This document shows positions 1 through 13,041 of a stretch of 64,000 bases of DNA, piece by piece. Position numbers and translations under genes: made by a program. The notes under the pieces were generated by a model. The model did not search any database. It worked only from the letters and a program-made list of their open reading frames with translations, and was not told the origin of the DNA. The DNA is from Argiope bruennichi (taxonomy: Eukaryota), in contig NC_079163.1 in the NCBI RefSeq assembly GCF_947563725.1, positions 54,822,922 to 54,886,921 on the forward strand, read 5' to 3'. Numbering within the stretch: position 1 is the stretch's first letter; every line of letters begins with the position of its first letter.

Positions 1-522
1 ATATAACTTCCTTGTTAGGGTTATATGGTGTGGAGAACGCGAATTTCCGAATCCAAACGAACCCGGAAATTTCGTAACAATATTAAACAATAATACAAAA
101 CTTTACTGTTATCTCATGGAATGAATGACCCACTGGCATACTTTCCAAAATTGGGGGAGGGGGAACTATACTTCCAGATGAAAATGCAGTAAAAGCTGCT
201 AAGCGTATCTTTCGGACTTGTTAAGTAATCTTGAAATTATCCTACAGTATTTTGAAAGTAACTGCATTTGAACAGAATTTTATTTTAAACAACTTTCAAT
301 TTCTCTTTCAAAGCGATAGTTACTTCATTTCATCGTCTTTTAAATATAAATATAACTATATAAAGAAAAAAAAGCTCAAAACCTTTATATTTTAAAATGA
401 AAGTAATATTTACTGAAATTATATATAATTATGTAATATATACAATTTAAATTTTATCATTATTCAATGCAAATATATTAAGTTAAGATATTCTATATAT
501 TATTAAAAATTCCACGTATCCT

Positions 523-673
523 CTATCTCGAAATAATAGCACAAAAGAATGCCTGATGCAATTCAATATATTTATATATATATTGCACAATATTTTCAGC
601 CATATCCAATTTTGAATATCGTTTCACGGTTTTATTTAAATCTGCACTACTGAACTTCTCCAGAATGATTTCA
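523..673 (-). CDS. Candidate terminal coding segment of the TROVE gene (...EIILEKFSSADLNKTVKRYSKLDMAENIVQYIYKYIELHQAFFCAIISR*). The exact acceptor is unresolved.
   Basis: About 50 codons are open in AT-rich DNA. LDM..I resembles the Ro60 C-terminus GMLDMCGFDTGALDVI. I could not find a phase-0 acceptor, so the boundary is uncertain. Confidence 0.3.
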
Positions 674-1342
674 CTTAAATGCAGTGAGGGAAAAAAATTA
701 ATGCATGCTCAAACTTTCAATTTCTGATTTGAAAGCGAAACGTCACAAAAAAATACTAGTGCACTCAAAATTTGGGAAGAAAAAAAAAAAACTATCATTA
801 ATTGTCCGCGAAGTCTAACGGAGAGTAACATTAAGACGTGTAAAAATATGTCATTCTTCAGTGAGTCGGTTCGTTACAGTCTTTTATGCACTGTCAAATT
901 AACCTGTTTTAGACTTATAATCGATCGGAGATGTTCCCTCAAAAGAAATATGCCTATATCGTACATTTAATTTTTCAACACTTAGTTACCAAAGTTGTTA
1001 TGAAGTGCTTGTATGTACTTTAATAAGACTGCAAAAGTGCTGTTTATACATAAAGAATTACGAAGAAAACCAAAATCAGAAAAATAAATGACTTTAAAGA
1101 AAATCTTTTTTCTTCATAGAACACCATGCCATATTTTTTTTTTTAAATTAATGCTTTACTTTTAGAAAAATAAATTTTTTAAGCCACAATACTAAGTCAG
1201 TGAATATTTTTTATACAACGAGTTTCAAAATTGACTTATAAATATTGAAATTTGACTACTGTCAAGTTATACGATGAAATGAGAAACATATTATAGAAAC
1301 GTACGTTTTATTACAATCGTTCAATCTTTCATAATAACTTAC

Positions 1343-1438
1343 CTTTTCTCTTAAAATAACATGTTGTTTCAGATAATATTCTAGAACATTTTTCACAGCT
1401 TTTCCTGAGTTATTGCTAGTTTTATTTCCACTTTCATG
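1343..1438 (-). CDS. TROVE-gene exon (HESGNKTSNNSGKAVKNVLEYYLKQHVILREK), acceptor CCTTTAG, donor GTAAGTTA.
   Basis: Good splice signals and phase 0/0. Weak resemblance to Ro60 GGTDCSL...HPAIALREYRKK. Confidence 0.55.
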
Positions 1439-1882
1439 CTAAAGGAAAAAGAATAAATATTCAGTAAATAAAAAATATGCAATAGAATAAGAAAAATTAA
1501 AATCTATTATTGTTGATCTGATTACAGTATAAGATTTTCTACATAAATCAAAAAAATGAATAAGCTTTATTAGATCTTTTTTTAATTCGCAAATCAATGA
1601 TATAAAATAGATATTCGACGAGAGGGGAAAAAACTGAGAAAACAGTATAAGCACAGAATAAGAAAAAAATTAAGATACGAAAATAAATAATAAAAATGAA
1701 TAAGATAGGAATTACAAAATATAAAATAAATCTTGAATAAATAGAATCACATCAAAACTGACATTGCCTTACAAAAAACATGGTTGTTTCAGGGCTTTCA
1801 AAAAAACTCAAAGCTTTCTTTTTTTTTTCACAAACACATTTTGATTACATAAAAATTATCACAAACCAAACTAAAAACTAAC

Positions 1883-2038
1883 TTCATATTTTGCACAGGC
1901 GTCCTTTATGGATTGACAAAAAGAAATATCTTCTGATAGCTCAAATGTATCTGAATAGCTGCCGCAAATCACATTCATTTTACAATCTTCACAAGCTTTC
2001 AGACACATCAGTCCCATCATGACACAAAGGGAATACAT
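1883..2038 (-). CDS. TROVE-gene exon (MYSLCVMMGLMCLKACEDCKMNVICGSYSDTFELSEDISFCQSIKDACAKYE), acceptor TTCCAG, donor GTTAGT.
   Basis: Matches Ro60 [34 protein letters not shown].... Phase 0/0. Confidence 0.75.
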
Positions 2039-4461
2039 CTGGAAATAAAATATATAGACATTTATTAAAGATATCTGATTTTAATTCGTTATTTAAAGCA
2101 AAGATGTTTAAGTCATAATGTTAACTAATAGAAATATAACAATATAAAGCTTATTTTACTCGATTTTTACAAAGTCACTAATAAAAAAATAAATTAATCA
2201 CAAGAAAAATGTTTTTCCTTCCTTAAGAATTAAATACACAATCCGCAGAAAAAAACTCTTACAATTAATAATAATAAAAACTCCTCCAAGAGCACAATTT
2301 AGTGTGAATCCTTCAAAATACTTTCCTCCGGTTTATACACCGATTCCAATGCGTCTTGCATAGCCGAAATGGCTTCTGAGAATTATAATTTGAGATAGCT
2401 TGTAAATATCGCATAAGTCTTATCTAGAGTGGAAAGGCGCCCAGTTTTTGGGACGTCTTTGGGGGATATATTGTCCCCCATTCATGACAGTACTATTTAT
2501 AGCATTGAGACAAGTTAAAGCGAAGGTTCCAAAAGCTTGCTGCATAGTTTCTTCAAAGCATTTACCGATGTTATGTTAAATTTCACAGAAAATAGTTGCT
2601 CTTATATTTTTGAAATATAAAACATTTTTAAACACACAATACAGTAGTTTACGTTTCTACTCATAAAACAGTGACAAATCGACGTAGTTCCTTTCGAAAA
2701 AAGAGCAAATGCAAACCCAAGATAAAGCGACACACTGTCATTGCAATAGGGTTCACTAAAGTATCAAAATTGAATTTTTTCATTGTCATAATTTGTGAAG
2801 TAAAATCCTTACTTTCGAATATTCCCCATTAGGAAATTGCGATTATTCTCAGATGATAGCATTTATCCGTCTTACTACAGATTAGAAATAGCCTCCACTA
2901 GTTTTCTTTGTTCAAGATTAATTTTGCTGCAAGGCGGATTTAACCCTATATGGATTCTTAGACAATGCAAATCTCGGAGCTTTCTCTTTCCAATCTATAA
3001 CTTCCACACAAGGAATATTTTTAATTGTTCTTTATTATTTGTGTAAGCAATTTTAAGTAGCAAATTCTGAGCCTTTTCAAGAAAGTTGATTTCTCATATA
3101 TAAAACAAATTAAGATTTAAATTTAAAACTATTTTAAACAAAATTGTAAAAAAAACCTTTGAGCACAATTTAAATTCTATTTAATTATAGAATCGGACAT
3201 TTTATAAAAACATGAAGCAATATATTGTTTAAAGATTTTAAACAATATAAAATTTGTAAAAATAATTATTTAGGAATATTAGAATAACCTTTTAGCCCTT
3301 AGTTAACATTTCATTTGAATTTGAAATAGTTCGCGTACATGGTCCTTCTAAATTAAATGAAAGCATAAATTAATATTCTCAGAAAATATCGCAAAAGAAT
3401 GCATGAAAATTTTGGAGGCCCCAAAGTAGTTGTATACTTTGCCTATTTGATTATAAAACCTTCTTTCGTTTTATAAAGACTATGGTTTACATTTTGATTA
3501 TAAAAATATAGCAAATCAAAGACAATATATAAGTATCGATAAAAGAACAATTTTTTGTTCCTAACCATGACAATACATCCAATTTTTAGTTTTCAGTTCT
3601 GAATTTGTAAATGAAATATGCTAAAATATGCTTTGATAAATAAAAATTCCATTAAACAAATCTCAACACACGTATAGTTAAATAAATTTTATTCAATAAC
3701 TGCACAGAATAAACTAGAAATAAAATGGAAAAGAAGCAAACTATTTAACTTAATAACCCTGCCCCAATTTTATCAAACAGAAAAATTAAAGTAGGAAGAA
3801 ATGATTATTCCTACAAAGTAATAATTTGACACAATGTAAAAATTAAACTACTTGATCATTTAGCTTTGTGAAATTTATTCACAAAGAATCATATAATTAC
3901 TGAATTTTTGATGATTTCTACTGAGTCTTCATTACTTCAAAAATTTTATTAATTTAAAAAATTTTATAACTAATCTACTATACTGATAGTAAAGAAAAAT
4001 TTTTTTAGATATCCTTGTTAAATTATTTAAGTGTTTAGAGATAGACTTTTCAAAAACATGCATTTAAATTAGTAGTTTTTTGTTGAATTTATGATGTTTA
4101 TCTTCCTTTTTCACAACGAATGCCATTACTTCCATGCAACTAAAAGATTCAAAAGGAAACGGCAATAATCCATTCCTCCCTCTTTTTGCAAAGCTTGTAA
4201 GGACAATTGAATAACAACTTGATAATCAAAATGAAAAAGTGAAATGAAATTAATAATGAAAAACCTTAAAAATCAATTAATAGTGTGTACAAGAAGTTGA
4301 TTTTTTTTTCTTTCTTTAACAGTAAGTTTTAATAAGCATTTTGATTTGTGCAAACTTTTTATGACTAAAGATGCTAACATTTTATGACTAAAAATGCAAA
4401 ATAAAACATAATTCCTTCTAAATTAAGAATTTAAAAAAAAATGTATTTTACGAATTTTTAC

Positions 4462-4624
4462 CTTCTTTTTTTTATTCGTCTCAAGCGATGATGGAAAAAG
4501 TATATCACAGATGACCAAACTTTTTCCCGGGATGGGCTGCAAGTTATGAAGTGCAGAGATGTCGAGAGCTTCACTAACAGCCTTTTCGTAATCATCCACA
4601 AGATCGTGTGAAATTTCATTGACT
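4462..4624 (-). CDS. TROVE-gene exon, vWA-like region (RVNEISHDLVDDYEKAVSEALDISALHNLQPIPGKSLVICDILFPSSLETNKKKK).
   Basis: PIPGKSLVICDILFPSS corresponds to Ro60 PTGKRFLLAVDVSASM, the start of the vWA-like fold. Acceptor CTTTAG, donor GTAAAA. Confidence 0.75.
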
Positions 4625-5264
4625 CTAAAGCAAATTTCAAAAACATCGTTAAACAAAATAAGTAACAAAAAAAAAAACTAATTAAATCACAGAATTTTTG
4701 TTCAAAAGCAAAATAATGAATATTTAAGATAATATTCTTCAGATTTACACATGACATTTTTTTTTTTTTTTTAAGATGCTTATAATGGGAAGCTGGCCGA
4801 AAGAAAATGATATGGAAAAATCGCTAAGCTATACAAATAATGAATAGTTTCAAACTTTTGAAATTCATATAAAATTCCAAATATTTCTTTATTTTGTGAT
4901 GTTTTCATTTTAACTAGCAAGTTATAATTGCCAAGTTTTAAGCAGCTTTAAATCAGCGGGAATGGTCTCTCTTAGTGTTTCTGAATAATTCCTCTAATAA
5001 AGGTATCGCCTTATCGTAAATTGCTGACCTTATTGCAAAGCCATGACTACCGCGAATTTACTATCTTTGGAATAGGCGCGAGAGAGTCTTTGTTCTCTTA
5101 TTTATATAACAATAAATTGCAATGTTAAGCAAACTTTATATACGCATATAGTTAAAAGCCATTGGTAACTTTCATGCTTTGCTCAACTTACAATAGCAGC
5201 AATTATTATTCTGAAGTGGGCCGTCTTTGACAACAATGACGGTTGCTACTTTTTGAGGGAGGCT

Positions 5265-5600
5265 ATCGATTTAATATTTAGACTGACAAATGATCTAACC
5301 TTTATTGGATTTGGTCAAAAATTTGATATGGATCTGATACGATAAAACTGTGTACCAAATTTTATGTATCTACGTCTACTTTTTTAGTCATCGTTTTCAC
5401 AGGCACATGAATAGATAGACATAGTGGAAATGGATTCCAAATTCGAAATTTGACAGACATCAACAAATTTGGTTTCAAAACCATATACCAATTATCATCC
5501 TTCTAACTCAATGTGGTTTTGAGTTATCGTGTTGACAGACAGCTATAACTCCAAAAATGTGTTTTTAGGAGAATTAGGGAATTACTTAAGAGAATTACAA
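5265..5600 (+). repeat. Copy 1 of a dimeric interspersed repeat family (SINE/MITE-like). Each half carries GGATTTGGTCAAAAATTTGAT...GTGTACCAAATTTTATGTATCTACGTC...CACAGGCACATGAATAGATAGACA.
   Basis: Homologous copies lie at 57350-57700 (same orientation) and 47620-47930 (inverted). Confidence 0.6.
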
Positions 5601-6129
5601 AATCTCCAGGCCAAATTTTTTGATGATTACTTTCTTTTCATTTTGTATATTTCGCATTTAAACAATTTCGCATTAAAGAGTGCCGATTTTGTTTTTTAAA
5701 ACGACTTCTGGATAGTTGTTGTTGAACCATTTAGATAATATGAAAAAGAATTAAGAATTGAATTTGTTTAAATTAGCATGGGAAGTTGAATTTCGTCTGC
5801 TAAGATGGAAATTAACTTATCATATAATACAAGGATTTAAATTTCTTTAAGAAAACCGAAGTTAGTTCCACTCACTATTCACTATTTCAACAATAATGTG
5901 AAGTGCAAATTCTCCAACATATTTCAAAAATCTGCGCACTCATTTGCGTTCAAAAATTTTATCAAAGTGGATTTTTTTTTTTTTTAAAGTTCTATGAAAT
6001 GAATTCAATTCATTCTTTTTAAAGGAATAATTTTTAAATAATTTTTTGAGGCAGTGCCTTACCCACATACTCAATATAAAATAACTCACAATTAAAAATA
6101 AAAATTTAAATAAATAAAAGTCACATTAC

Positions 6130-6281
6130 CTCTCTATTATTCTGTTTCTTCGTTTCTTTTTCCAGGCTGGTTCACCTCTTCTGTCATCGTTTCTTGAATA
6201 AAAAGCCTGCCTAATTTCGTTAAGGACTTTGAATGCCTCAAAAAATTGAAGAGGGGTTTGTCTACTATTGACAACAGCGCC
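6130..6281 (-). CDS. TROVE-gene exon (GAVVNSRQTPLQFFEAFKVLNEIRQAFYSRNDDRRGEPAWKKKRRNRIIE), acceptor AAATAG, donor GTAATGTG.
   Basis: Corresponds to Ro60 [22 protein letters not shown].... Phase 0 in and phase 2 out, matching the neighbours. Confidence 0.75.
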
Positions 6282-9200
6282 CTATTTCACGAGAGTTAAA
6301 ATATGCATTACAAAGCGTAATACTTACTCAAGCTAACATATTTTTATTTACAACTCACTTAAAAATAAAATAAAAGCGGTTCCCGACACTTAAATGAATC
6401 CAATAAAAATCTACAGAGAAGGGACAAAATAGTAATCAGCACTTTTTACAAATAGCTGAAATATCAAAACAGATACTACAATATATTGCAATAACATAGA
6501 CGCATAAAGAGTGCAAAGCAATATCTTAATACTACGAAATTAAAGTCGAAATAAATTTTAGAAAAAAACCTAAACTTACAAAAGTAATGTGGACAAACGC
6601 TAAAATCCATGACTCATCGCAGCCATGGTATTTAGTGATTTTATTTCGAAAACGCGACGGATAATGAAAACAAACCGATTTGAAATATTTACACTATCAT
6701 CTAATTAATAAAAATGGTGCTTTAAATAGAAGCCTTGATATTTAGAAGCTCTGATATATAAAAACAACAGTATTCCATTACCTTATAACTACATCAAGAA
6801 ATGAGTGATGCAGTGTTAAATTGATTGATGTAAGTATAATTAATAAAAATGGCATTTTAGTAAAGTAATCACATAAACAGGTGAATATCACGAAGAAGAA
6901 AAGTATAAAATAACGTTTTTGAATCCTCATACGTCAGTTATTACAATAACTGCTAATTTATCAGTTTGCTCGAAATGTCGATTCCAAATGAAACATATCA
7001 GTAGAGTATCATTTTATACGATATTAGAGCTGCTCTATATTTTCTTCATTTACCAAACGCTTTTGAGATCAGTTTCCTTACTATCAACGCTAAAGACGCT
7101 GCGATCAATCACAGATGTTACCACACGACAATTTTATTAAAGATAAACAATATTTCTACAATATTAGCTGTCTTCGATTGAATGAAATTTCATTGTAGAA
7201 GGATATATCTATTAGCCTTGGATGGTACCAATATAAAAAAAAATATAATGCCTATAAAGATATAATAAATATAAAGATTTTTTACCGCATTATATTGCTT
7301 TAAATAGGAGTATATGGAACTAAAATGTGAGAGGGGATCTAGATTGATTGCGGTTTTTTATTGTATTAATTGATTTAAAAAAACCGAAAGCACTTCAATG
7401 TATGGAGAACATACTAGGGACACATGATCAATACTATGGACATCAAATATTAAATAAAAATAATTTCAATTAATAAATGGAAGCAAATTTTAAAAATCTG
7501 TAATAATAACACAAACACTAAATGCGTAAAATCGCAATATTCAATATCTGGTTGATAGTTCAAAAATGACCCTCCAAAACTTACCTGAGAGGATAAAGAC
7601 TCTGTCATAATTTATATGCAGAAGTAACAAAGATGTCCCATCTATGGAATATATTTCAGTGCATTGCTAGGAGAAAATACAGTTGTTTTACCAGATAGAG
7701 GAAGTTTGAATTTGATAATTTTCTGCCAAAGAGTCAAGGACTATCATTGCCCAGAAATGGAAGCTGATAATTTTTTTCTTTTATTATCTTATGGTACGGT
7801 ACTGTCAGTAAAACCTACTGTCTAACCTAAACCCTTAATTGAAAGTTCCTCTACTCGTCACAGTTTACCCACTTCTGCTCTCTCAACTGTTTCACCCAAT
7901 CAAGAATCCTAAGATAACAAACAATAACTGTTAAGAACTTATTCCAACTTCAACAAGACCCAAATTTTTCTAGCTCTTCCTGAAGGACAAAATTTCTTTT
8001 AAAACACTTAGCTTTTATAATTTTTTTAGTTAAAAAAAAAACAAAGTTTCAATTCACCTAATTTTTAGGAAAAACTTTTTTATTTACAAACTTAACTTTC
8101 TATCTCCAAAGATTCAATAGAGTTGATGTTATAAGAAGCAATGGTGCTTTTCTTTTATCGTACATAGTTATTATTTTACATTTTAGAATGAAATAATAGA
8201 TCTCATTTATAAATTAAATGCTCCTCTATCTTTGATAATAAAATTAGATGCTGATATTTTTAGCTCGTGAAATAAGCACAATAACAAAAACAATATTGGA
8301 TGAAGAAGTTTTGCTTCGGAGGTTAAGTTGAAGCTATTAATTTATGCAATTGTTTATTTAAATACCCTTGTTTTTGCAAACAAATTACATTTTATTTATA
8401 AGTTAGTAAAAATTTCAGCCTGTTCGTGACATTTGCAAGTGCTTGTTAAAATATAATTTTGGAAATAAACCTAATTTTACAGCAATTTTATAATTAATTA
8501 GTTATTTGTTTTGGTTTTATAATGTTTCATTGTAAAGATATAAATGATATTAATTTCCTATTGATAATAGAAAATTACGAATCTCGGAATTAAGAGGTAA
8601 GTTTAAGTAGTAAAAGCGATCCACATTATCTTTTGTTCAAGTTGCGAGGATGACCAGACGTCAAAAATAACGTCATAACATTACAGTAACCGCCATATTC
8701 ATGCAACAGCTTTTTTCCCCCAAATTATAACAAATTGCTCTAATTCCGGGTTTCCAGTTTTTTCCTGATAACATGTTGACCTTTTTTCTCGCTTTTCTTA
8801 AAGCATCAACCCAGGAGATCTCTTTTGTGTAGAGGTGACTCATGCACTGTGGTAGTAAGAGTGGTGTAATCTATATTATTATGTTAAGTTATGTCTTTCG
8901 GAATAGCTTATATTTTGCCTTTTTAAATTAATTTTGGAAAATTTAAAAATCAATTGATGAAACTAATAATTGAATTTGATTTAATAAAAAAATTTCTTTC
9001 TATAAAAGTTTCCACTTTCCATCAAAAACAGCTTACCATTTCTCGTTGCATTTCCCCAAAAGATTCAAAGCTCAAAAAGGAATAATGTCCATGATGCAAC
9101 TCCATAATCGCCACGCATAAGTCAGTTCTATTTTCATGCATTTCTCATTTCTACCATATTTTCTGAAACTTCACCACACTTCAGGGGAAAATTCATTTTG

Positions 9201-9777
9201 TGTAGCTAACCGATGTACAATTTGCAAATATTTGCAAAATAATGTCTTTCTATTTCATATTGTATCCTAATTTTTACATGATTTATTCAGCAATCAATAA
9301 TTTTGTATATCTATTTTTTTTTATTCTGCATTATATAAATTACTATTATTTAGGATTATAAATATTGGTCCAGTGGAGAAGAAAATATAGATGGCCTGGC
9401 AGCCATGGAGATAAAGCACTAATGCCCGATTTTAAACTATATAACAGGTCAGAACAGGACGAAAAAGTAAATATCCCAGGTACCATTTACTGTTGCCAAA
9501 ACAATGAAGTCAATTGGGGGCGACATAATCATATTATAACCCAGAAGCCACACATTCTCGCCACGATGCAGTATCATCATATTGTTGCATTTTTTTAAAC
9601 ATGGTCAATATTTAAAGATGTTATCCAAACACCAGAAAACCATAAATTTCACATCGTTTACAAATTAATTATCGTTCCTTTATAGTGAAAATAAAAAATA
9701 AGGGGAATCGTTACAATAGTAAAAACCAAAAATCACAAATGGTCTCAAAATATATATTATGTATATAGCTCACTTAC

Positions 9778-9887
9778 TTTACTCTTTAAATGCTTCAGCA
9801 CTTTATCATGATGTTTCTGAGAAATGCCTGATAACATCAAATTTCTTAAATTACGCAGCATCGCCATGTATGGAAGTTTAGAATGAT
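9778..9887 (-). CDS. TROVE-gene exon (HSKLPYMAMLRNLRNLMLSGISQKHHDKVLKHLKSK), acceptor ATTTAG, donor GTAAGTG.
   Basis: MAMLRNLRNLM corresponds to Ro60 LTALLRNLGKM, the TROVE signature. VLKHLKSK corresponds to VCEKLCNEK. Confidence 0.8.
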
Positions 9888-11265
9888 CTAAATATAAAAA
9901 TATATAATAAAAAAATACACCTGACTATATACTCAAATAGTATACTCAAAACTATAAATAAAGAAAAGTCAATAAATTATTTTTGAATTCTATACAAAAG
10001 AAACTAACAATTTATATATCATTAATGGTTTTCCACTAAGCCTAAATTAAACAATTAGAAGTAGGTAAAATGCATTAAAAACCAACAAACTAAAGGAAGT
10101 TTACTGTGTAACTACTTTTGACAAATACATAAATAAATCTTTTAAAATTGGATTATCATTTTTTAAAAAATCTAATTTACTTATCTTGTTACTCTGCTGA
10201 GAGTTTGATGATCAATAAAAATGAGAAAAATGAATAATTTAATCGCGAAAAGAAATGAATGAACAAGCAAGAGAAAGATAAGTCGTGGCTGGACGCCAAG
10301 GAAACCGGTAAAGGACACTGCATAAGTAATTAATTTGTGGATTTGAAGACCAAAAACAACACTTTCTCCTTTCGAATTTAGAGGGATTAGAGCTGCAGTT
10401 CGACAAACTTAAAGCACATGGTACAAATCTTTTTTTTTTTTTTCACTCTCATCTAAAGTTTGCCTTTAATCTTTTTTTTTTTGTTTGTTTGTAGAAACGT
10501 ATTTGGTTTACTGATTATGCAATTTTTAATTAGAAATCATTTTTCTAAAAACGCACAAAGATGATTTTCTAAAAATTATTTAGATGAAAATTTTTATAAG
10601 TGGCAGTCAATTATTATTAATTATTACATATAAAAAATGATAAACATTGCGGATTTTCAAAAATTTGAATTGCAGATTCCATTGCGCCAAATAATTGAAG
10701 ATAAAAATGCACTAGCTCTATGTCGGATTTAATGCCGTTAAAAATTCTTAAAACAAGAAAACCCAGAACTAGCGAAAATTTCAGAGCAAAATTTATTTTA
10801 ACGATTGTTTGTTACGTGGCAATAACGTAAAAAATGCATTATTTTATTTCCCAAATTTATTTTATAATAGAGATTATGTATGAATTGTTGGTCGCATAAA
10901 AGAATAACATCATCTACCTAAAAAGGTGTAAAAGAACAAAAATTTTGAAAAACATTTGAGAAATGTTAATAGATAAAGCAATAATTAGTGAAATCCAATA
11001 TCATACCTGGCTTTAAAATTCAAAAATTTAGGATATTTATGGGTAAACCAGATTTTTGTTTATAAATGCAATTTCTTGATGAATATTTTTTTGCAGCACT
11101 GCTGTTTCCGAGATGACGAGCCACCATCGCGTTAATAATTTTTTTTTTCAAAAAAAAATTGCACTTTATAATATGAAAATTTATCCATCTTATGTTAAAT
11201 ACTTTTGACTTATAAAAAAACCTTTATATCTTTAATATAAAATGAATTGTCAACAAATGCTGTAC

Positions 11266-11423
11266 CTATTAACTGTTCCCAGATTTCAGGTTTATTTCCA
11301 CGAGCTGATATCTGAGTCTCCCATGTTTCCGGTACAGGCAATTTCATTCGTTGTCCAGCTCTTCTAGAATCCCACAAGCCGTCCAATTTAGTTTTCCTAA
11401 ATGCTTCAGCTGTTTCTGGATAT
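11266..11423 (-). CDS. TROVE-gene exon (YPETAEAFRKTKLDGLWDSRRAGQRMKLPVPETWETQISARGNKPEIWEQLI), donor GTACAG.
   Basis: A long open frame in AT-rich DNA. EIWEQLI matches Ro60 EVWKALL. Phase continuity into the next exon gives ...EQLIDHSKLPYMAMLRNL. Confidence 0.7.
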
Positions 11424-11663
11424 CTAAATGTGCATTTTAAGAATAAATTCACCTCATAATATCGAATATGAAATTAATATAATACAAATAATGCTACAGA
11501 TAAATAAAAAATCCATTTTTTTCTAAAAAATAAATTCAAACTTAAATTTTTAAAAATGAATATCAGAGAAAAATTTAGTAACTGAAAAAGTATCAATAAT
11601 ATAGTTACGAAAAATAAAAAAAAAATGTAACAATATTTCAGTTTAAAATAAAATAACACATAC

Positions 11664-11725
11664 TTTTTTCCAAGAAGGCATAAAATTTGATTAGCAGGAG
11701 AATCCAAATGTAGAAGTCGTATCAG
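11664..11725 (-). CDS. TROVE-gene small exon (LIRLLHLDSPANQILCLLGK+), acceptor TTTAAAACAG, donor GTATGTG.
   Basis: It is needed to restore phase between the flanking exons (phase 0 in, phase 2 out). It is plausible against Ro60 KLLKYLEAVEK. Confidence 0.5.
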
Positions 11726-12879
11726 CTGTTTTAAAGTGAAGCCATTTGTCTTTGAGCTTTTCTTGTCTCTATTGTATTTAGCTATAGAAAATATGCAAAC
11801 ATATAAAAAAAAATATAACAGACTCAAAATGTAAAAAAAAAATGTTATTGGTTAAATAAAATAGTACAGATATTTAAAGTGAAGAAATGTCAAAAAATTG
11901 CAATTGATTTTCACACATTTTTTGACATTTAAAAATGTAATGCTTTAATACATACCTAACTGATATTCATCAAATTTTGAAAATGATTTAGCCATAACTT
12001 TTTTTAGAGCTGAAGGCAGAGATCTGTTCTTTAATCTCGAGTCGGAAAACACCTACAAAAAAGATTTTACACATACAGTACACTATATTATCAAAATAGT
12101 TGTAAAACTATCGAAAATAACCGATACAAAATTAATATAAAATTCGAGTCAAGTTCTTAAACACAATTTAGTTGACAAAAAATTTAAATATATAAAACAA
12201 ATTCTTAATAGTTCAACGGGGAAACTGACTGAAAACTAAAAGAGCGTGTGTTCATGAAAAGAACTACCATTTACAAAATGTAAAGGACTACACTTTCAGA
12301 AATGAGCAGAACAAGAATGGATAATTCTACGAGGCTGTAATTAACACCGCATAAATATGCCCTTTACATTTGATTCAGTCTAAAATACTTGTATTTTATG
12401 TCTATTTTTATATTTTAAGTACTTTAAACTTTAACGTTCACATTTATTAAAGGAAAATTAGGCATCTGTTTAATCTATAAAGAATATTAAAAGAAAATGA
12501 CTTTAAAGGAGAGTATTGATAAAACAATCCACCAATACTTAACTTTCTACATCTATCCTCAAATTAACAATGTTTAAAAATATATTTAATTTTACATAAA
12601 AAGTGTGAAAAAGTATTTAACTTTATCTATAACCGATTCAAAACAAAATAAATAATGTTAAATTTAAATAACCTGTACGATGTCAGAAGTATTCGCTTTG
12701 AACAAATTTTGATAATTATGGCAAAGATTTTTTTAAATTGCATCTCCTAAAACTGCAATGGCATGCTATTGCTATAAACTACATTTGTGGTTCAAAAGAC
12801 ATAAATGTGAATGGAAATTTCATAAAATATAAATTATCTTAAATATAGTTTAAAAAATTAAAATTGTAACTTTATTCAC

Positions 12880-13041
12880 CTGATACAATTCAGCAACTTC
12901 CATCCAGTCTGAAGGTAGTCTTATGCATGAATCAAAATACTTTTCTAAATAAGGACGTGTTTCTTCATGGTAAGCAGCATAAGACAAAAGAAAATTAGAA
13001 GCTGACCTAATATGAAGTTCTTGTCGACTAAAAAGAGCAAC
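12880..13041 (-). CDS. TROVE-gene exon (VALFSRQELHIRSASNFLLSYAAYHEETRPYLEKYFDSCIRLPSDWMEVAELYQ), acceptor TTATTTCAG, donor GTGAAT.
   Basis: C-terminal DWMEVAELYQ matches Ro60 GWKEVHELYKEK. It has the same 54-aa length as the corresponding Ro60 segment. Confidence 0.7.

Noticed and set aside
9365-9598. 77-aa plus-strand ORF in a GC-richer patch
   Set aside because: It has no splice context and no recognisable homology. It lies inside a TROVE-gene intron and is probably a repeat or TE fragment.
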